64,000 nt of DNA from Clostridia bacterium. GTDB lineage: Bacteria; Bacillota; Clostridia; Oscillospirales; CAG-382. Within the stretch, counting starts at the first letter, position 1. The number at the start of each line of letters is the position of its first letter. The position numbers and the translations under genes were made by a program. The stretch spans positions 39,390 to 103,389 of the forward strand of contig JAFSNK010000021.1 of NCBI GenBank assembly GCA_017447445.1, written 5' to 3'. Positions 27,047 to 37,261 of this stretch are shown piece by piece. Under the pieces are notes generated by a model, which saw only the letters and a program-made list of their open reading frames with translations, did no database searches and was not told the origin of the DNA.

Positions 27047-28540
27047 ATGAAAAAAATCATCGCGTTACTGCTCTTGATCGCGCTTTCGGTCACTGCGCTT
27101 GCCGCCTGCCAGGGAGGAAACAATGATTCCCAGGCGGAATCGAGCAAGCCGGAACAGGCCGAAAGCACCGCCGTTTCCGTCGACCCCAACGCCGGTTGGA
27201 AAGACGAAAACGGAAACTGGAGACCCAAGCACGAAGTCAAAGACCTTTCCGACAAGACCTTCCGCATCATCGTCAGAGGTACAAGCGCCGTTACTTATCA
27301 GTCCGACGACTTCACCTACGGCGACGCTAACGACGACGGCCTTTACGGTGAAAACCTCGATAACGCTGTAAAAGACCGCAACAACCGTGTAGAAGAGATT
27401 TATCACGTTACTCTTGAAGTTGATAAGAATAACAGCATCAACGACACCATCAGGAACGATATAGAAGCTTCTACCGGCGATTACGATGCTATAATGCCGA
27501 CTCTCAGCGTTCTTGCTACTCTTGCAAGCGAAGATAAGCTCGTGGACCTGAATACCATCGAGAACTTCGATATCTACGCGCCCTGGTACGATAAGAACGC
27601 CACAGACGCGTTCTCCATCGCTAACCACGTTTATTTCACCACCGGCGATATCACGATCCTCAACAAAGTCTGCTCGCCTTCCGTCCTGTTCAACAAGGAC
27701 ATGATCACCACCTATCACCTTGATAACCCTTATCAGCTTGTGCGTGATAAAGAATGGACCTTCGATAAGATGATGAGCATGGCAAAACAGGTCGCAACAG
27801 ATAACGGCGATTTCGAAAAGAACGTCTACGGTATGGTCACCGATTTCGGCGATCCCTTCAACTTCCTCGGCGGCTCCGGCGAGAAGATAATCGAAAAAGA
27901 CGAGAACGACCTGCCTTATCTCAGCATAGGCAACGCACGTTCCGTATCCATAGCGCAGCATATTCTCGATACCTACGCCGCCGGCGATACCTACCTCATC
28001 CACGCTCATGAATGCCCGCCCAATATCTGGGAAACATCGCTTGCCGTGTTCGGCGAAGGCCGCGCTCTGTTCAGACCGTCAGCTTTCTCTGCAACGACAA
28101 AACTTCGCAAACAGTCCGTTATAGAATTCGGTATCGTTCCGCTTCCTCTTATGGATGAAACTCAGGAGGATTACGTCAGCTACTGCGGCACCGGCGAAGT
28201 TGCGGGCATTGCTATCCCGACTTCCGCTCCGGACTACGATTTCTCGGCATATATGATCGACGCTTACTCCGCGTATGCAAAGGTTTACATCACGCACGCT
28301 TATACCGATATAAACCTTTATCAGCGCGACGCGCGTGACGACGAATCCGAAGAAATGCTCGATATCATATTCAGCCACATCGCTTACGATATGGGCGAAT
28401 GCTATAACATCGGCGGCTACAAGAGCACGTTCTTTGAACTCTGCAAACTGCGCAGCACCGACCTGCAGTCCAAACTCTCCTCTGTGGAAGAATCTGCAAA
28501 GAGCAGGATCCAGGAGATAATCGACGATTTCGGTCGCTGA
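27047..28540 (+). CDS. ABC transporter extracellular solute-binding lipoprotein (family 1, sugar type), no adjacent permeases
   Basis: Lipobox LAAC-QGG. ~497 aa, the size and composition of large carbohydrate SBPs. Confidence 0.65.
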   Translation: MKKIIALLLLIALSVTALAACQGGNNDSQAESSKPEQAESTAVSVDPNAGWKDENGNWRPKHEVKDLSDKTFRIIVRGTSAVTYQSDDFTYGDANDDGLYGENLDNAVKDRNNRVEEIYHVTLEVDKNNSINDTIRNDIEASTGDYDAIMPTLSVLATLASEDKLVDLNTIENFDIYAPWYDKNATDAFSIANHVYFTTGDITILNKVCSPSVLFNKDMITTYHLDNPYQLVRDKEWTFDKMMSMAKQVATDNGDFEKNVYGMVTDFGDPFNFLGGSGEKIIEKDENDLPYLSIGNARSVSIAQHILDTYAAGDTYLIHAHECPPNIWETSLAVFGEGRALFRPSAFSATTKLRKQSVIEFGIVPLPLMDETQEDYVSYCGTGEVAGIAIPTSAPDYDFSAYMIDAYSAYAKVYITHAYTDINLYQRDARDDESEEMLDIIFSHIAYDMGECYNIGGYKSTFFELCKLRSTDLQSKLSSVEESAKSRIQEIIDDFGR

Positions 28541-28555
28541 TCCGAATAATCAAAC

Positions 28556-28589
28556 AAAAAGAGAACGGCTTTAAAACCGTTCTCTTTTT
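28556..28589. terminator. Bidirectional terminator
   Basis: AGAGAACGG / CCGTTCTCT stem flanked by A5 and T5. Confidence 0.8.
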
Positions 28590-28606
28590 GTTGTGTTCCG
28601 ATAAGT

Positions 28607-29977
28607 TCACCCGCTTATATCCGTGGATTTCATACCTTCGGGAAGGAATTCGTCGGGTATGTACTTATGAACCGTTTTATAAAGGTTTTCAACCGTGAAC
28701 GCGCCTCCGACAAGAGTAGGTCCGTAGGCGTGGCAGCCGTGTACCGCGGCAAGCTCCGGTGTGTAATCGGAAAGGTAATAGATCATAAAATCGGTATATC
28801 CGGTATCTTTAACGGCGCGCGCGGGCTTGTGGATATAGTGCGTAACAGTCGGGATGAAAAGCGGATCGCGCATATATACCTCGCCGGTCTCGGCTGATTT
28901 AACTATTTCGAGCGAGAACATCCCCGCAAGCATATTCTTGCCGTTGACCATACCGGAAACGAAGTTGCCCAGGGAATATATAACCAGCGTTTTGTGCCCT
29001 TCGGCGTTCACCTGCCATTCCATCGGCTGGATAACGTGAACGTGCATACCTAACACCACGTCGACTCCGAGATCGCACATCAGTTTCGCGTATTCGCGCT
29101 GCTGATTGTTTATATCGAAGCTGTCTTCGTCGCCCCAGTGCATCGAAACGATAACGAAATCCGCTTTTTCCTTTGCAAGCGGTACCTGACGTTCCAGATC
29201 GGCGCGGTTTATATACGGAATGTATGTCTCTGCCGTGGAGCGAAGCCGTATCCCGTTCGTTTCATAGGTATAGGTAAGGAACGCGATCTTTATCCCGTTG
29301 CATTCTACCACGGGTATATCGTCAAGCGCGTCTTTGTTCGGGTAATAACCCAAAACCGTGGCGCCCGCCTCGCCGAACGCCTCCGCCGCGTGGATAAGGA
29401 AGCTGTCGTCGCCGGCGTCAAGCATATGGTTGTGCGCAAGGTTTATCACGTCGAAGCCGAGCCGCATATCCGTGTCGATTATAGCTTCGGGAGTGTTGAA
29501 CATCGGGTAACCGTTTACCGGTTGCGATCTGCCGCCCGGAAGCGTTTCCTGGTTAAGGTAGGCGATATCGGCTTCCTTTATCGCGTCGGCGACGTATTTA
29601 TACATTTCGTCGAAATCGTATTCCGCGTCGTGCAGGTCGGTATATTTCGGCGCAACACCCTTTTTCGCCGCGGCGCGGTCGATTGCGGTATAATAAACCG
29701 AAGGATGTATTATGTTGTCGGGGCAGCCCAGAAACTTAACGACTTTATCGGGCTCCGGCTCGCTGGTGACTTCCGTCACCTCCTCGCTCGATTCCTGCGA
29801 AACGTCGGGCGCGGAAGTCGCATCCGTTTCGGAGGAATCCGCCGGAACCGCGGACGTGGCTTCCGGCGCGGAGGATCCTTCGCCGCCGTTCCTGCCGAGC
29901 ACGGCAAACAGCATCACGCCGATAAGCACGGCGACAAGGATTATGAATCCGACTGTAAGTAGATTTCTTTTTTTCAT
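28607..29977 (-). CDS. CapA-family (PGA_cap metallophosphatase-like) membrane-anchored protein
   Basis: N-terminal TM, low-complexity S/E/T linker, then CapA pattern (...NLAHNH..., ...VSMHWGDE..., ...GMHVHVIQP...). Confidence 0.7.
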   Translation of the reverse strand: MKKRNLLTVGFIILVAVLIGVMLFAVLGRNGGEGSSAPEATSAVPADSSETDATSAPDVSQESSEEVTEVTSEPEPDKVVKFLGCPDNIIHPSVYYTAIDRAAAKKGVAPKYTDLHDAEYDFDEMYKYVADAIKEADIAYLNQETLPGGRSQPVNGYPMFNTPEAIIDTDMRLGFDVINLAHNHMLDAGDDSFLIHAAEAFGEAGATVLGYYPNKDALDDIPVVECNGIKIAFLTYTYETNGIRLRSTAETYIPYINRADLERQVPLAKEKADFVIVSMHWGDEDSFDINNQQREYAKLMCDLGVDVVLGMHVHVIQPMEWQVNAEGHKTLVIYSLGNFVSGMVNGKNMLAGMFSLEIVKSAETGEVYMRDPLFIPTVTHYIHKPARAVKDTGYTDFMIYYLSDYTPELAAVHGCHAYGPTLVGGAFTVENLYKTVHKYIPDEFLPEGMKSTDISG

Positions 29978-29987
29978 TTTAAGACCT

Positions 29988-31580
29988 CTATATTGAAAGT
30001 GTATCGAGTTTTTTTATCCCGGTGGAGTAAAGCACCCGCGTAAGTCCGAAGCAGATAAGCAGCATTACGGCGGATACTATCGCCGACTGGACCAAAGGCA
30101 CGCCGATGACCGCGCGTGCGGCGAAGTAGATAAGCGCGGCGGCGCCGGCAGTAAGCATCCCGGCAAGTATCGCAAGCAGGGTAGCCATACTTTGTTTTAT
30201 CGCCTGAGTCTCGTTCACGAAATCGAGCCGCGGCTTCCAAAGGTTGATCAACAGCCCGGAGACAGAAGATACCGCGGCGCAGCTTTCGGCGATAAAGAAG
30301 TAGAACGCCGCTTCCGCGATCCCGTAACCGCCCACAACGATTATCAAAACGCCGTTTATAACGGTAAATACGGTGCAGATTATAAGATTCATCAGCGCTT
30401 TTGCGTTAAGCACCGTTTTTTTATCTATCGGAAGCGTGTGCAAGATCCTTATGCGTTTTCCTTCGAGAGAAATAGAAGCCGAGGTGGTGGGCGACATACA
30501 AAGCATACCCGTAGAAATGAAAACGTATATGATAAACAGCAACGATCTTCCGGTTTCGCTAATAACGGCTTCCGCGGAGCTCTGTTTGCCGAAAAGTATG
30601 AAGCCGACAAGCACCGACATAACCGGGCTTGCTATGGTGTTCAGCATAAAAGGCATAGAGGAAAAATAATGCAGGAATTCCTTGCGCAGGCAGCTTATTA
30701 TCGGTGCGCTCGCGGATGCGGCTTTTTCGCCGCCGCGTTTCGATGCCTTTCCGGACTTTGCGGCGGAAGACGAGGAAACAAGCGAAGAGTAGGTCCCGGA
30801 AAACAGCAGGATCAAAGCGATTATCGGAACTGCGCCTATCGCCATAAACAGCAGCGCGTGAAGCAGGTTGCCGTCCATCGCGTTGCCGTAAAGAACGGCG
30901 GGGAAGTAATACGAGCGTATCGAATCACGAATCGATCCCGCGTTCTCCATAAGCCCGGTTATTATCTTCGGGGTATCGGAGAAGAACAGGAAATACGCCG
31001 TGAATGCCGCAAGGAAAAGAATAATGCCGATAAAGTTTTTGAACTTTATCTTACGCAGGATAAGCGACCCCGCGAACGCCAGCAATATGCCGATAAAAAT
31101 GGGTATAAGCGGCGCGGCAAAGAGGGATATAACGCACCCTACAACGGCGGCAAAGCCGGCTCCGGCGTAGTAAAAATACGCTATCGACGCGGGCAGCAGG
31201 AGCATCAACGAATAGGCCAGTTCGAAAACGTACAGCACTGCGATCTTCGCGGCAAGCACTGTGCGGTGGCTTATCGGCAGCGAAAACAGGATGTCGCCGT
31301 CGCGGATGCGAATGAGATTTCCCGAAGCGGTCGAAATGCAGGTCACCAGCGACAGCAACGCCGCGCCGACGATAGCGAGCGCGGGTATGAGAAACAGCAA
31401 TCCCGCCGGCGCGAGCTTTTGCGCAAGCGCGAAAAATGCAAAGAAACAGGCGGCGGTGATATATACGAATACAAACGCGAGTATCGCTCCGGTGCCTATG
31501 CGCGACCTGCGCGAGCTTTTGACCGACCTCTTGAATATCCCCAGCAGGGATACCCTGAATACCGAAAAGAACGCGTTCAT
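29988..31580 (-). CDS. ABC exporter permease (multi-TM, ABC-2-like/putative exporter family)
   Basis: 530 aa with about 12 hydrophobic segments. The start overlaps the stop of the upstream ATPase gene. Confidence 0.6.
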   Translation of the reverse strand: MNAFFSVFRVSLLGIFKRSVKSSRRSRIGTGAILAFVFVYITAACFFAFFALAQKLAPAGLLFLIPALAIVGAALLSLVTCISTASGNLIRIRDGDILFSLPISHRTVLAAKIAVLYVFELAYSLMLLLPASIAYFYYAGAGFAAVVGCVISLFAAPLIPIFIGILLAFAGSLILRKIKFKNFIGIILFLAAFTAYFLFFSDTPKIITGLMENAGSIRDSIRSYYFPAVLYGNAMDGNLLHALLFMAIGAVPIIALILLFSGTYSSLVSSSSAAKSGKASKRGGEKAASASAPIISCLRKEFLHYFSSMPFMLNTIASPVMSVLVGFILFGKQSSAEAVISETGRSLLFIIYVFISTGMLCMSPTTSASISLEGKRIRILHTLPIDKKTVLNAKALMNLIICTVFTVINGVLIIVVGGYGIAEAAFYFFIAESCAAVSSVSGLLINLWKPRLDFVNETQAIKQSMATLLAILAGMLTAGAAALIYFAARAVIGVPLVQSAIVSAVMLLICFGLTRVLYSTGIKKLDTLSI

Positions 31581-32314
31581 AACGATTCACCGTTCGATGC
31601 GTCGTCGGTCAGTTCAAGGAAGATATCCTCCAGCGAGCTGTTGCCGCGCACCTCGTCTATCGGACCGCTTTCGATAAGCTTTCCTTCTTTAATAATGGCA
31701 ATCTTGTTGCAGAGCTTTTCCGCGACTTCAAGAACGTGCGTGGAGAAGAAAATGCAGCCGCCCTGTGCGCATATCTCGCGCATAAGCTCCTTTACCGTGT
31801 GCGCCGCCTTCGGATCCAGACCGACGAAAGGTTCGTCCATAACTATATTTTTAGGATCGTGGCAGAGCGCGGCGATAATAGCGGCTTTCTGCTTCATCCC
31901 GTGCGAATAGGTGCCTATCTTGTCGTCGAGATTAGCGGTCATACCGAACAGCGCGGAATACTTTTCTATTCTCTCTTTGCGCTCGTTCGCGCCTATTCCG
32001 TAAACGTCGCATATAAAGTTTATAAAACGGCGCGCAGTAAGATATTCGTAAAGGTCGGGCGAATCGGGAATATACGCCATCGTGCGTTTGCATTCCGTGG
32101 GATGCGTTTTAATGGAAACGCCGTCGATAAGTATATCGCCGTGCTCGATCTTGTGTATCCCGGTGATCGCCTTTATCGTGGTGGTTTTGCCGGCGCCGTT
32201 ATGTCCGATAAAACCGTAAATATCGCCGTTTTCGATTTTAAGATCCAATCCGTCGACAGCTTTCTTTTCGCCGTAAAACTTGGAAAAATCAACAATTTCT
32301 ATCATAGCGTTCAC
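31577..32314 (-). CDS. ABC transporter ATP-binding protein
   Basis: Walker A GHNGAGKTT, signature YSHGMKQK (degenerate LSGG), Walker B IVMDEP. Confidence 0.85.
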   Translation of the reverse strand: MNAMIEIVDFSKFYGEKKAVDGLDLKIENGDIYGFIGHNGAGKTTTIKAITGIHKIEHGDILIDGVSIKTHPTECKRTMAYIPDSPDLYEYLTARRFINFICDVYGIGANERKERIEKYSALFGMTANLDDKIGTYSHGMKQKAAIIAALCHDPKNIVMDEPFVGLDPKAAHTVKELMREICAQGGCIFFSTHVLEVAEKLCNKIAIIKEGKLIESGPIDEVRGNSSLEDIFLELTDDASNGESL

Positions 32315-32387
32315 TCCTTTTCGCTCATTATAGCATATAAAAAAATATATTTCAATAATATTTGTTCACAAAAAACGTTTTCTTCAC

Positions 32388-32416
32388 TTGACATAGTACT
32401 TAATAAAATATATAAT
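32388..32416 (+). promoter_or_regulatory. Consensus sigma-A promoter of the surface-protein operon
   Basis: TTGACA (32388-32393), exactly 17 nt, TATAAT (32411-32416). The start codon is at 32450 after AAGGAG. Confidence 0.7.
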
Positions 32417-32449
32417 TGATTAAAGAGTTTATAAAAGGAGCGGACCTTT

Positions 32450-35400
32450 ATGAAAAAGTTTGTTTCTGCCGTTTTGATAATACTTGTGCTCGCTTCGCTG
32501 CTGCCGTTATCCGTCGCCACGGCTGCCGATAAAAGCATACCTGTTTCCGGGAAAAACTATTCGCTTGTCTGCAAAGGCGCCGACACGCTTGTTTTCGGCG
32601 GCAGGGAGTTCGCTTCGCTCGGCGAAGGAAGCACGTTCAACGTTATCGTTACCACGGACGATTCTTCTTCCGCGCATAATACTTTTTATCTTAACGGGAA
32701 AAAGCTCGCTTCGATCCAGAACGGAGTCAACACGCTCGTGCTCAATATGTCCGATCTTAAGGACAAAGAAAACACGCTCGGCGTGTTCCTCGGCACGGAT
32801 ACGCTTCCTTATAACGAAAAAATGGTATACGGCGCTGTGAATCTCGACGATATCACGGTCGTTTCGGTCCGGTTCGAAAGCATCAATTTCGACAAACCTT
32901 ATTCCGTGAATATGCTTATGCCGATAGAGGGCAAAGCGGGTTATACTCCGCGCAATATCGAATACAAGGACGATATCCGCATCGGCGACGGCTGGTTCGA
33001 GGATACCAAGCTCGGCGGCAACACTCCCACCGTGCCGATAGCCGCCGAATACGTTTTCGATAAACCGGATCTTTCCGGTACGTTCATTCTCGATACGACT
33101 CAGTTTCCCGACGGCGTGTACGAAGCCGAGTTCAAAAAAGGCGGAGAGGTAATAAGAACGGTCAAATACCGCATAGACAACACCCCTCCGGTCATTTCGT
33201 TCTCCGCTTCCGACGGCGCGGTCCTCACCAAGCGCGACAGACTCGATCTCACGGTCACCGACGCAAGCGATTTCAGACAATCCGTTTACGTCGACGGGCG
33301 CTCGAAGAACAAGCTCACGCTTCGCACGCTGGTCGAGGGAAGGCATACGGTATACGTTACCGCGTCGGATGAATTCGGCAATACAAGCGAAAAGGCGCTC
33401 GTCTTCACTCTTTCCAAAACGCCGTTCGGGACCTCCGCGAACGAAAGCGGCAACAGCGTTATCTCCGTCCGCGGCGACGCGGTGCTTTACTCCGCGAAGA
33501 TAGCGGATTCGGTGCGTATGTACGAAAACCGTTACGGCACGTTCGACGATACCAAGCTGCGCAGCTCGGACGAACTGCTCGTTTCGTTCGACGATAAAAA
33601 CAAGACCGTCGCCTACGGAAACGCCTACCCTTATCAGTCGTTCGTTGTCGACGTTTCAAAAGCGAAAGGCGAAGTTATCGTTTCCTACGAAGGAAGCACG
33701 GGCAACGGCGTTCCACTCGAATTAAAGGCGTGGAACCCGAAGGAATCGCGCTACGACACGCTCGCGGTAACCGAAAGCGGCGTTCCGGTATCGTTCGCCG
33801 TGGATACCGGAGTTTATTCGAACGGCGGCAAGCTGCGCGTCAACGTCGTCCCGAAAGCCGTATATAACGGCAGCGACACGGTTTTGTGGAACTCCGACAC
33901 GCAGTATTATTCGAGATACGACGACCTGCACGCCTACTACAACAAAGTAAACGAGTACGCCGTTTCGGAATACGGCAAAGGCAACATCGCCTATTGCGTT
34001 CACACCGGCGACCTTGTCGACAGAACTAACGCCGGCGAGGAAATCGCCAACAGCGAATACGGCTTTGCTTCCGAAGCGCAGAGCATACTCGATAAAAACG
34101 GCGTGCCGAACGGCGTCGTTTCCGGCAACCACGATATAAACCATACCGAGGCGGACTATTCATATTACTGGAAATATTTCTCCGCGGACCGGTACAGGGA
34201 TTACGAATGGTACGGCGGCGATCTGAACAACAATATGCATCATTACGACCTCGTTTCCATAGGCCGCTACGATTTCGTGTTTATCTACCTCGGCTGCTAT
34301 AAGGAAGCGGAGCCGGACACCATCGCCTGGGTCAACGCCGTCTGCCGCGCTTATCCGAACAGGAACGCCGTGCTTTGCATGCACGAATACCTGCTTCCTT
34401 CCGGCGTTTATTCCGGCGCCCGCGCGCCGATAATCTGGGAAAAGATGGTAGTCCCGAACGAAAACGTTAAAATGATACTCTGCGGCCATAACGAAGGCGT
34501 CTGCGACCAGATCCACGAAGTGGAAGGGACCGGCAGAAAGGTATTGGAGATACTTGCCGATTACCAGTTTGCCGAAAACGGCCAGGGACCGCAGCACGTC
34601 GAAAACGGCTGCACCTGCGACGGCGAGGGCTATATCCGTCTTATGTCCTTCACGGACGGCGGGCAGTTGGTCTCCACAACGTATTCTCCCGTCGCGGAGG
34701 ATTACGGCATCGATCCCTACGAATACTTCCCGTCGTTTATGGACAGCTTTATATACGATATGGACCTTATCGTTTCCGACAGAAGCATTAAGACCGAAAG
34801 GTTCGACGTCGTCTACGGCAGGGAAGAGATATGCTCCGTTGACAATAACAAGGCAAAAGTTTCGGGCTGTGAAGCCGTCGTCGCTTCGACAAAAATAAAC
34901 GATGACGAAGTGTTCTCCCCGGTGGTCGTTCTTAAGGAATACAACAACAACTACAAAACCGACGAAGTCCCCGAGTATGCCGAACCCGTATCCGAAAAAT
35001 ACGCGCCTCAGGGCGACAGGTACGTTTACGAAGGTCTTAAACGCGGCGAGAAGAACTCTCCGCCGGATCCGGCGCTGGCTGAAACGGCGATAGATCTTAT
35101 GCCCGCGAAGGTAGAATCGCTCTATCAGACCTCCGGTTCGAAGATATACGAGACCTTCGCGAACGAAAACGGGAATGGGTTCTCGATACATCACAGCTAT
35201 TCCGGCGCAAACTGGGTGACGCTCGCCAACATAATCAACAAATCGGTCGATACCACGAAATACAACCGTATCTATTTCGGCGTGACCGCCCCGAAGGACG
35301 CGAAGTGGAATCTGGAAATCAACTTCGGCGGCAAATCGCTTAGCTTCTCACGCACGGAGGCGCTCGCGAAGAAGTTCGGGTATATCAACTATCTGCCGAG

Positions 35401-35926
35401 CGATATCCAGGGCACCTGGCAGGGATATATCGACCTTTCGGAGTTCATCAGCGGCAACGCCACGCTCAACAGCGTATATTTCGTTACCGCTACGCCGGAA
35501 ATGACTGTTTCCTTCGATTATCTCTTCATCGGGCGTTCCATCGGGCAAGCGGTAAGATTCGTCACGGACGACGTTCGTGTAAGCGCGTATGAAGCGGCTC
35601 CCGGCGGAACGGTGGCGCTTCCCGCGGCTCCGTACAGATTCGGATACACCTTCCTCGGATGGTACGATTCGCCGGAGGGCGGCAGCCGCGTCGAACAGCC
35701 GGTCCCCGTAAAGGAAGAAGTCACCACCGTCTACGCGAGATTCAAAGAAAACGCCGCCGCGCAGGAACACAAAGCCGAATTTTCCGGCGACGAACCGGAA
35801 TTCAGGGGCGGCGGGATCTCGCTCGGCGCCGTGATAATCATAATATGTATCATAGTCGCCGCCGCGGCGATCGCGATAGTATATTTCAAACTTAAAAAGA
35901 CTAAATCCAAGGAGAACCTAAAATGA
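32450..35926 (+). CDS. Large cell-surface protein: signal peptide, Ig-like region, calcineurin-like metallophosphoesterase core, Listeria-Bacteroides (Flg_new) repeat, C-terminal TM anchor
   Basis: Signal MKKFVSAVLIILVLASLLPLSVATA. Phosphoesterase motifs SDTQ, HTGDLVDR, SGNHD, CMHEY, CGHNEG. YRFGYTFLGWYDSPEGG repeat. Final hydrophobic helix followed by KLKKTKSK. Confidence 0.7.
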   Translation: MKKFVSAVLIILVLASLLPLSVATAADKSIPVSGKNYSLVCKGADTLVFGGREFASLGEGSTFNVIVTTDDSSSAHNTFYLNGKKLASIQNGVNTLVLNMSDLKDKENTLGVFLGTDTLPYNEKMVYGAVNLDDITVVSVRFESINFDKPYSVNMLMPIEGKAGYTPRNIEYKDDIRIGDGWFEDTKLGGNTPTVPIAAEYVFDKPDLSGTFILDTTQFPDGVYEAEFKKGGEVIRTVKYRIDNTPPVISFSASDGAVLTKRDRLDLTVTDASDFRQSVYVDGRSKNKLTLRTLVEGRHTVYVTASDEFGNTSEKALVFTLSKTPFGTSANESGNSVISVRGDAVLYSAKIADSVRMYENRYGTFDDTKLRSSDELLVSFDDKNKTVAYGNAYPYQSFVVDVSKAKGEVIVSYEGSTGNGVPLELKAWNPKESRYDTLAVTESGVPVSFAVDTGVYSNGGKLRVNVVPKAVYNGSDTVLWNSDTQYYSRYDDLHAYYNKVNEYAVSEYGKGNIAYCVHTGDLVDRTNAGEEIANSEYGFASEAQSILDKNGVPNGVVSGNHDINHTEADYSYYWKYFSADRYRDYEWYGGDLNNNMHHYDLVSIGRYDFVFIYLGCYKEAEPDTIAWVNAVCRAYPNRNAVLCMHEYLLPSGVYSGARAPIIWEKMVVPNENVKMILCGHNEGVCDQIHEVEGTGRKVLEILADYQFAENGQGPQHVENGCTCDGEGYIRLMSFTDGGQLVSTTYSPVAEDYGIDPYEYFPSFMDSFIYDMDLIVSDRSIKTERFDVVYGREEICSVDNNKAKVSGCEAVVASTKINDDEVFSPVVVLKEYNNNYKTDEVPEYAEPVSEKYAPQGDRYVYEGLKRGEKNSPPDPALAETAIDLMPAKVESLYQTSGSKIYETFANENGNGFSIHHSYSGANWVTLANIINKSVDTTKYNRIYFGVTAPKDAKWNLEINFGGKSLSFSRTEALAKKFGYINYLPSDIQGTWQGYIDLSEFISGNATLNSVYFVTATPEMTVSFDYLFIGRSIGQAVRFVTDDVRVSAYEAAPGGTVALPAAPYRFGYTFLGWYDSPEGGSRVEQPVPVKEEVTTVYARFKENAAAQEHKAEFSGDEPEFRGGGISLGAVIIIICIIVAAAAIAIVYFKLKKTKSKENLK

Positions 35927-36651
35927 AAAGAATCATCGCTCTGTTCACAATACTGCTCGTCCTTTCGTCGCTGTTCGCTGTTTGCGCCTGCGCCGAAGGC
36001 GACGCCGCCGCTTCCGAACCCGAAAAATACGGCGTGGCTATCGCCGTAAGCACGGACGCCGGATCGCTTAAAATAGGCGATACCTTCAACGTTACCGCAA
36101 CCGTTACCGAGGTCAACGATCCTTCCGGTCTCGCGGTGCTCGAGTATTTCATTCTCTACGACAAAGATCTGCTCAAGCTTGTGGATACAAAGCTCGAAAT
36201 CCCCGATATCTGGAGCCGTTACATCGGCACCGACGATTTCACCGATCTTTCCGTAAAGCTCGAAGACGACGACAGCGAGATCGAGGAATCCGGTAAAGCC
36301 GGATATAAATGGGCGCTTGTGTCGATTAAGGTGGATAACGCTCTGCACGACGGCGGAAAGGCGGCTGTCAACATGAAATTCGAAGTTATAGGAAACGGCA
36401 ACGCCGAAGTGGAATTCGCTCCGGGATGCAACACCAACGACGATATGAAAGAGATCACCGCCAACAGCGTTACTCTTAACCTTAAGACCGGCGACGACGA
36501 ATCTCAGAAGAGCGTCGACATAAGCGGCAACGTCGGCGAGGTGACCGAAAACGGCAAATCCAATACAGTTTGGATAATAGTCGGGCTCGCGGTGCTTTTC
36601 GTAGCCGTACTCTTGGCGGTATACCTGTTCGTCAGGAAAAAACAGAAATGA
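35923..36651 (+). CDS. Membrane-anchored cohesin-like domain protein
   Basis: Signal peptide. KIGDTFNVTATVTEVNDPSGLAVLEYFILYDKDLLKLVD and AAVNMKFEVIGNGNAEVEF follow the type-I cohesin beta-sandwich pattern. C-terminal TM plus RKKQK. ATGA overlap with the upstream gene. Confidence 0.5.
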   Translation: MKRIIALFTILLVLSSLFAVCACAEGDAAASEPEKYGVAIAVSTDAGSLKIGDTFNVTATVTEVNDPSGLAVLEYFILYDKDLLKLVDTKLEIPDIWSRYIGTDDFTDLSVKLEDDDSEIEESGKAGYKWALVSIKVDNALHDGGKAAVNMKFEVIGNGNAEVEFAPGCNTNDDMKEITANSVTLNLKTGDDESQKSVDISGNVGEVTENGKSNTVWIIVGLAVLFVAVLLAVYLFVRKKQK

Positions 36652-37250
36652 AGCAATTCATCCGCGATAATTCGGCGGCGATAAAGAAATTTATCGTTAC
36701 CCATATAGTTATGTCGCTGCTCGGCATAATGCTGGGGCTCGCCATAATGTCCTTCGAAGGCGAATCGCAATCGATAAGCGCGCTTGCCGTGATCGGCTCC
36801 GCGTTCACTATCGGCTTTATGTGCTTCCTGCATTACGACGATATGTATTTCGTCGGCGCGAAGGTCGCCGTGGGCGCCCGCAAAGGCGACGAGAAACCGT
36901 CCGCGATGCGCGGTGTTAAGATCACGCTGCTTGCTTATTCGCCGGTTTTGCTCGTCGGCTTGATAACGTCGGTGCTGGATATCGCGACAAGCTCCGGCGA
37001 ACCCGCCGCGAAAGCGCTTTTCGTCTATTACGCGGTGCAGGGAAGCTTTCTCGCGCTGTATAAAATACGCATCGCGCTGGGAGTGACCGCCTACGTGGTC
37101 ATCACTCTCATCCCGGCGTTCGTCGCGTCGGTCCTGGGATATTATATGGGACTTAAAGAAAAAACGATACGCGGTCTTCTGGGCTTCAAGGTAAAGCCGC
37201 CTTATGACGGCCCGATGCCCGACAAAAAAAGCCGCTGGTTTCGTTCATAA
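36648..37250 (+). CDS. Hypothetical polytopic membrane protein (about 5 TM)
   Basis: Start at MKQFIRDN (ATGA overlap with the upstream stop). No recognisable family. Confidence 0.5.
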   Translation: MKQFIRDNSAAIKKFIVTHIVMSLLGIMLGLAIMSFEGESQSISALAVIGSAFTIGFMCFLHYDDMYFVGAKVAVGARKGDEKPSAMRGVKITLLAYSPVLLVGLITSVLDIATSSGEPAAKALFVYYAVQGSFLALYKIRIALGVTAYVVITLIPAFVASVLGYYMGLKEKTIRGLLGFKVKPPYDGPMPDKKSRWFRS

Positions 37251-37261
37251 TCCGCAGTTAA

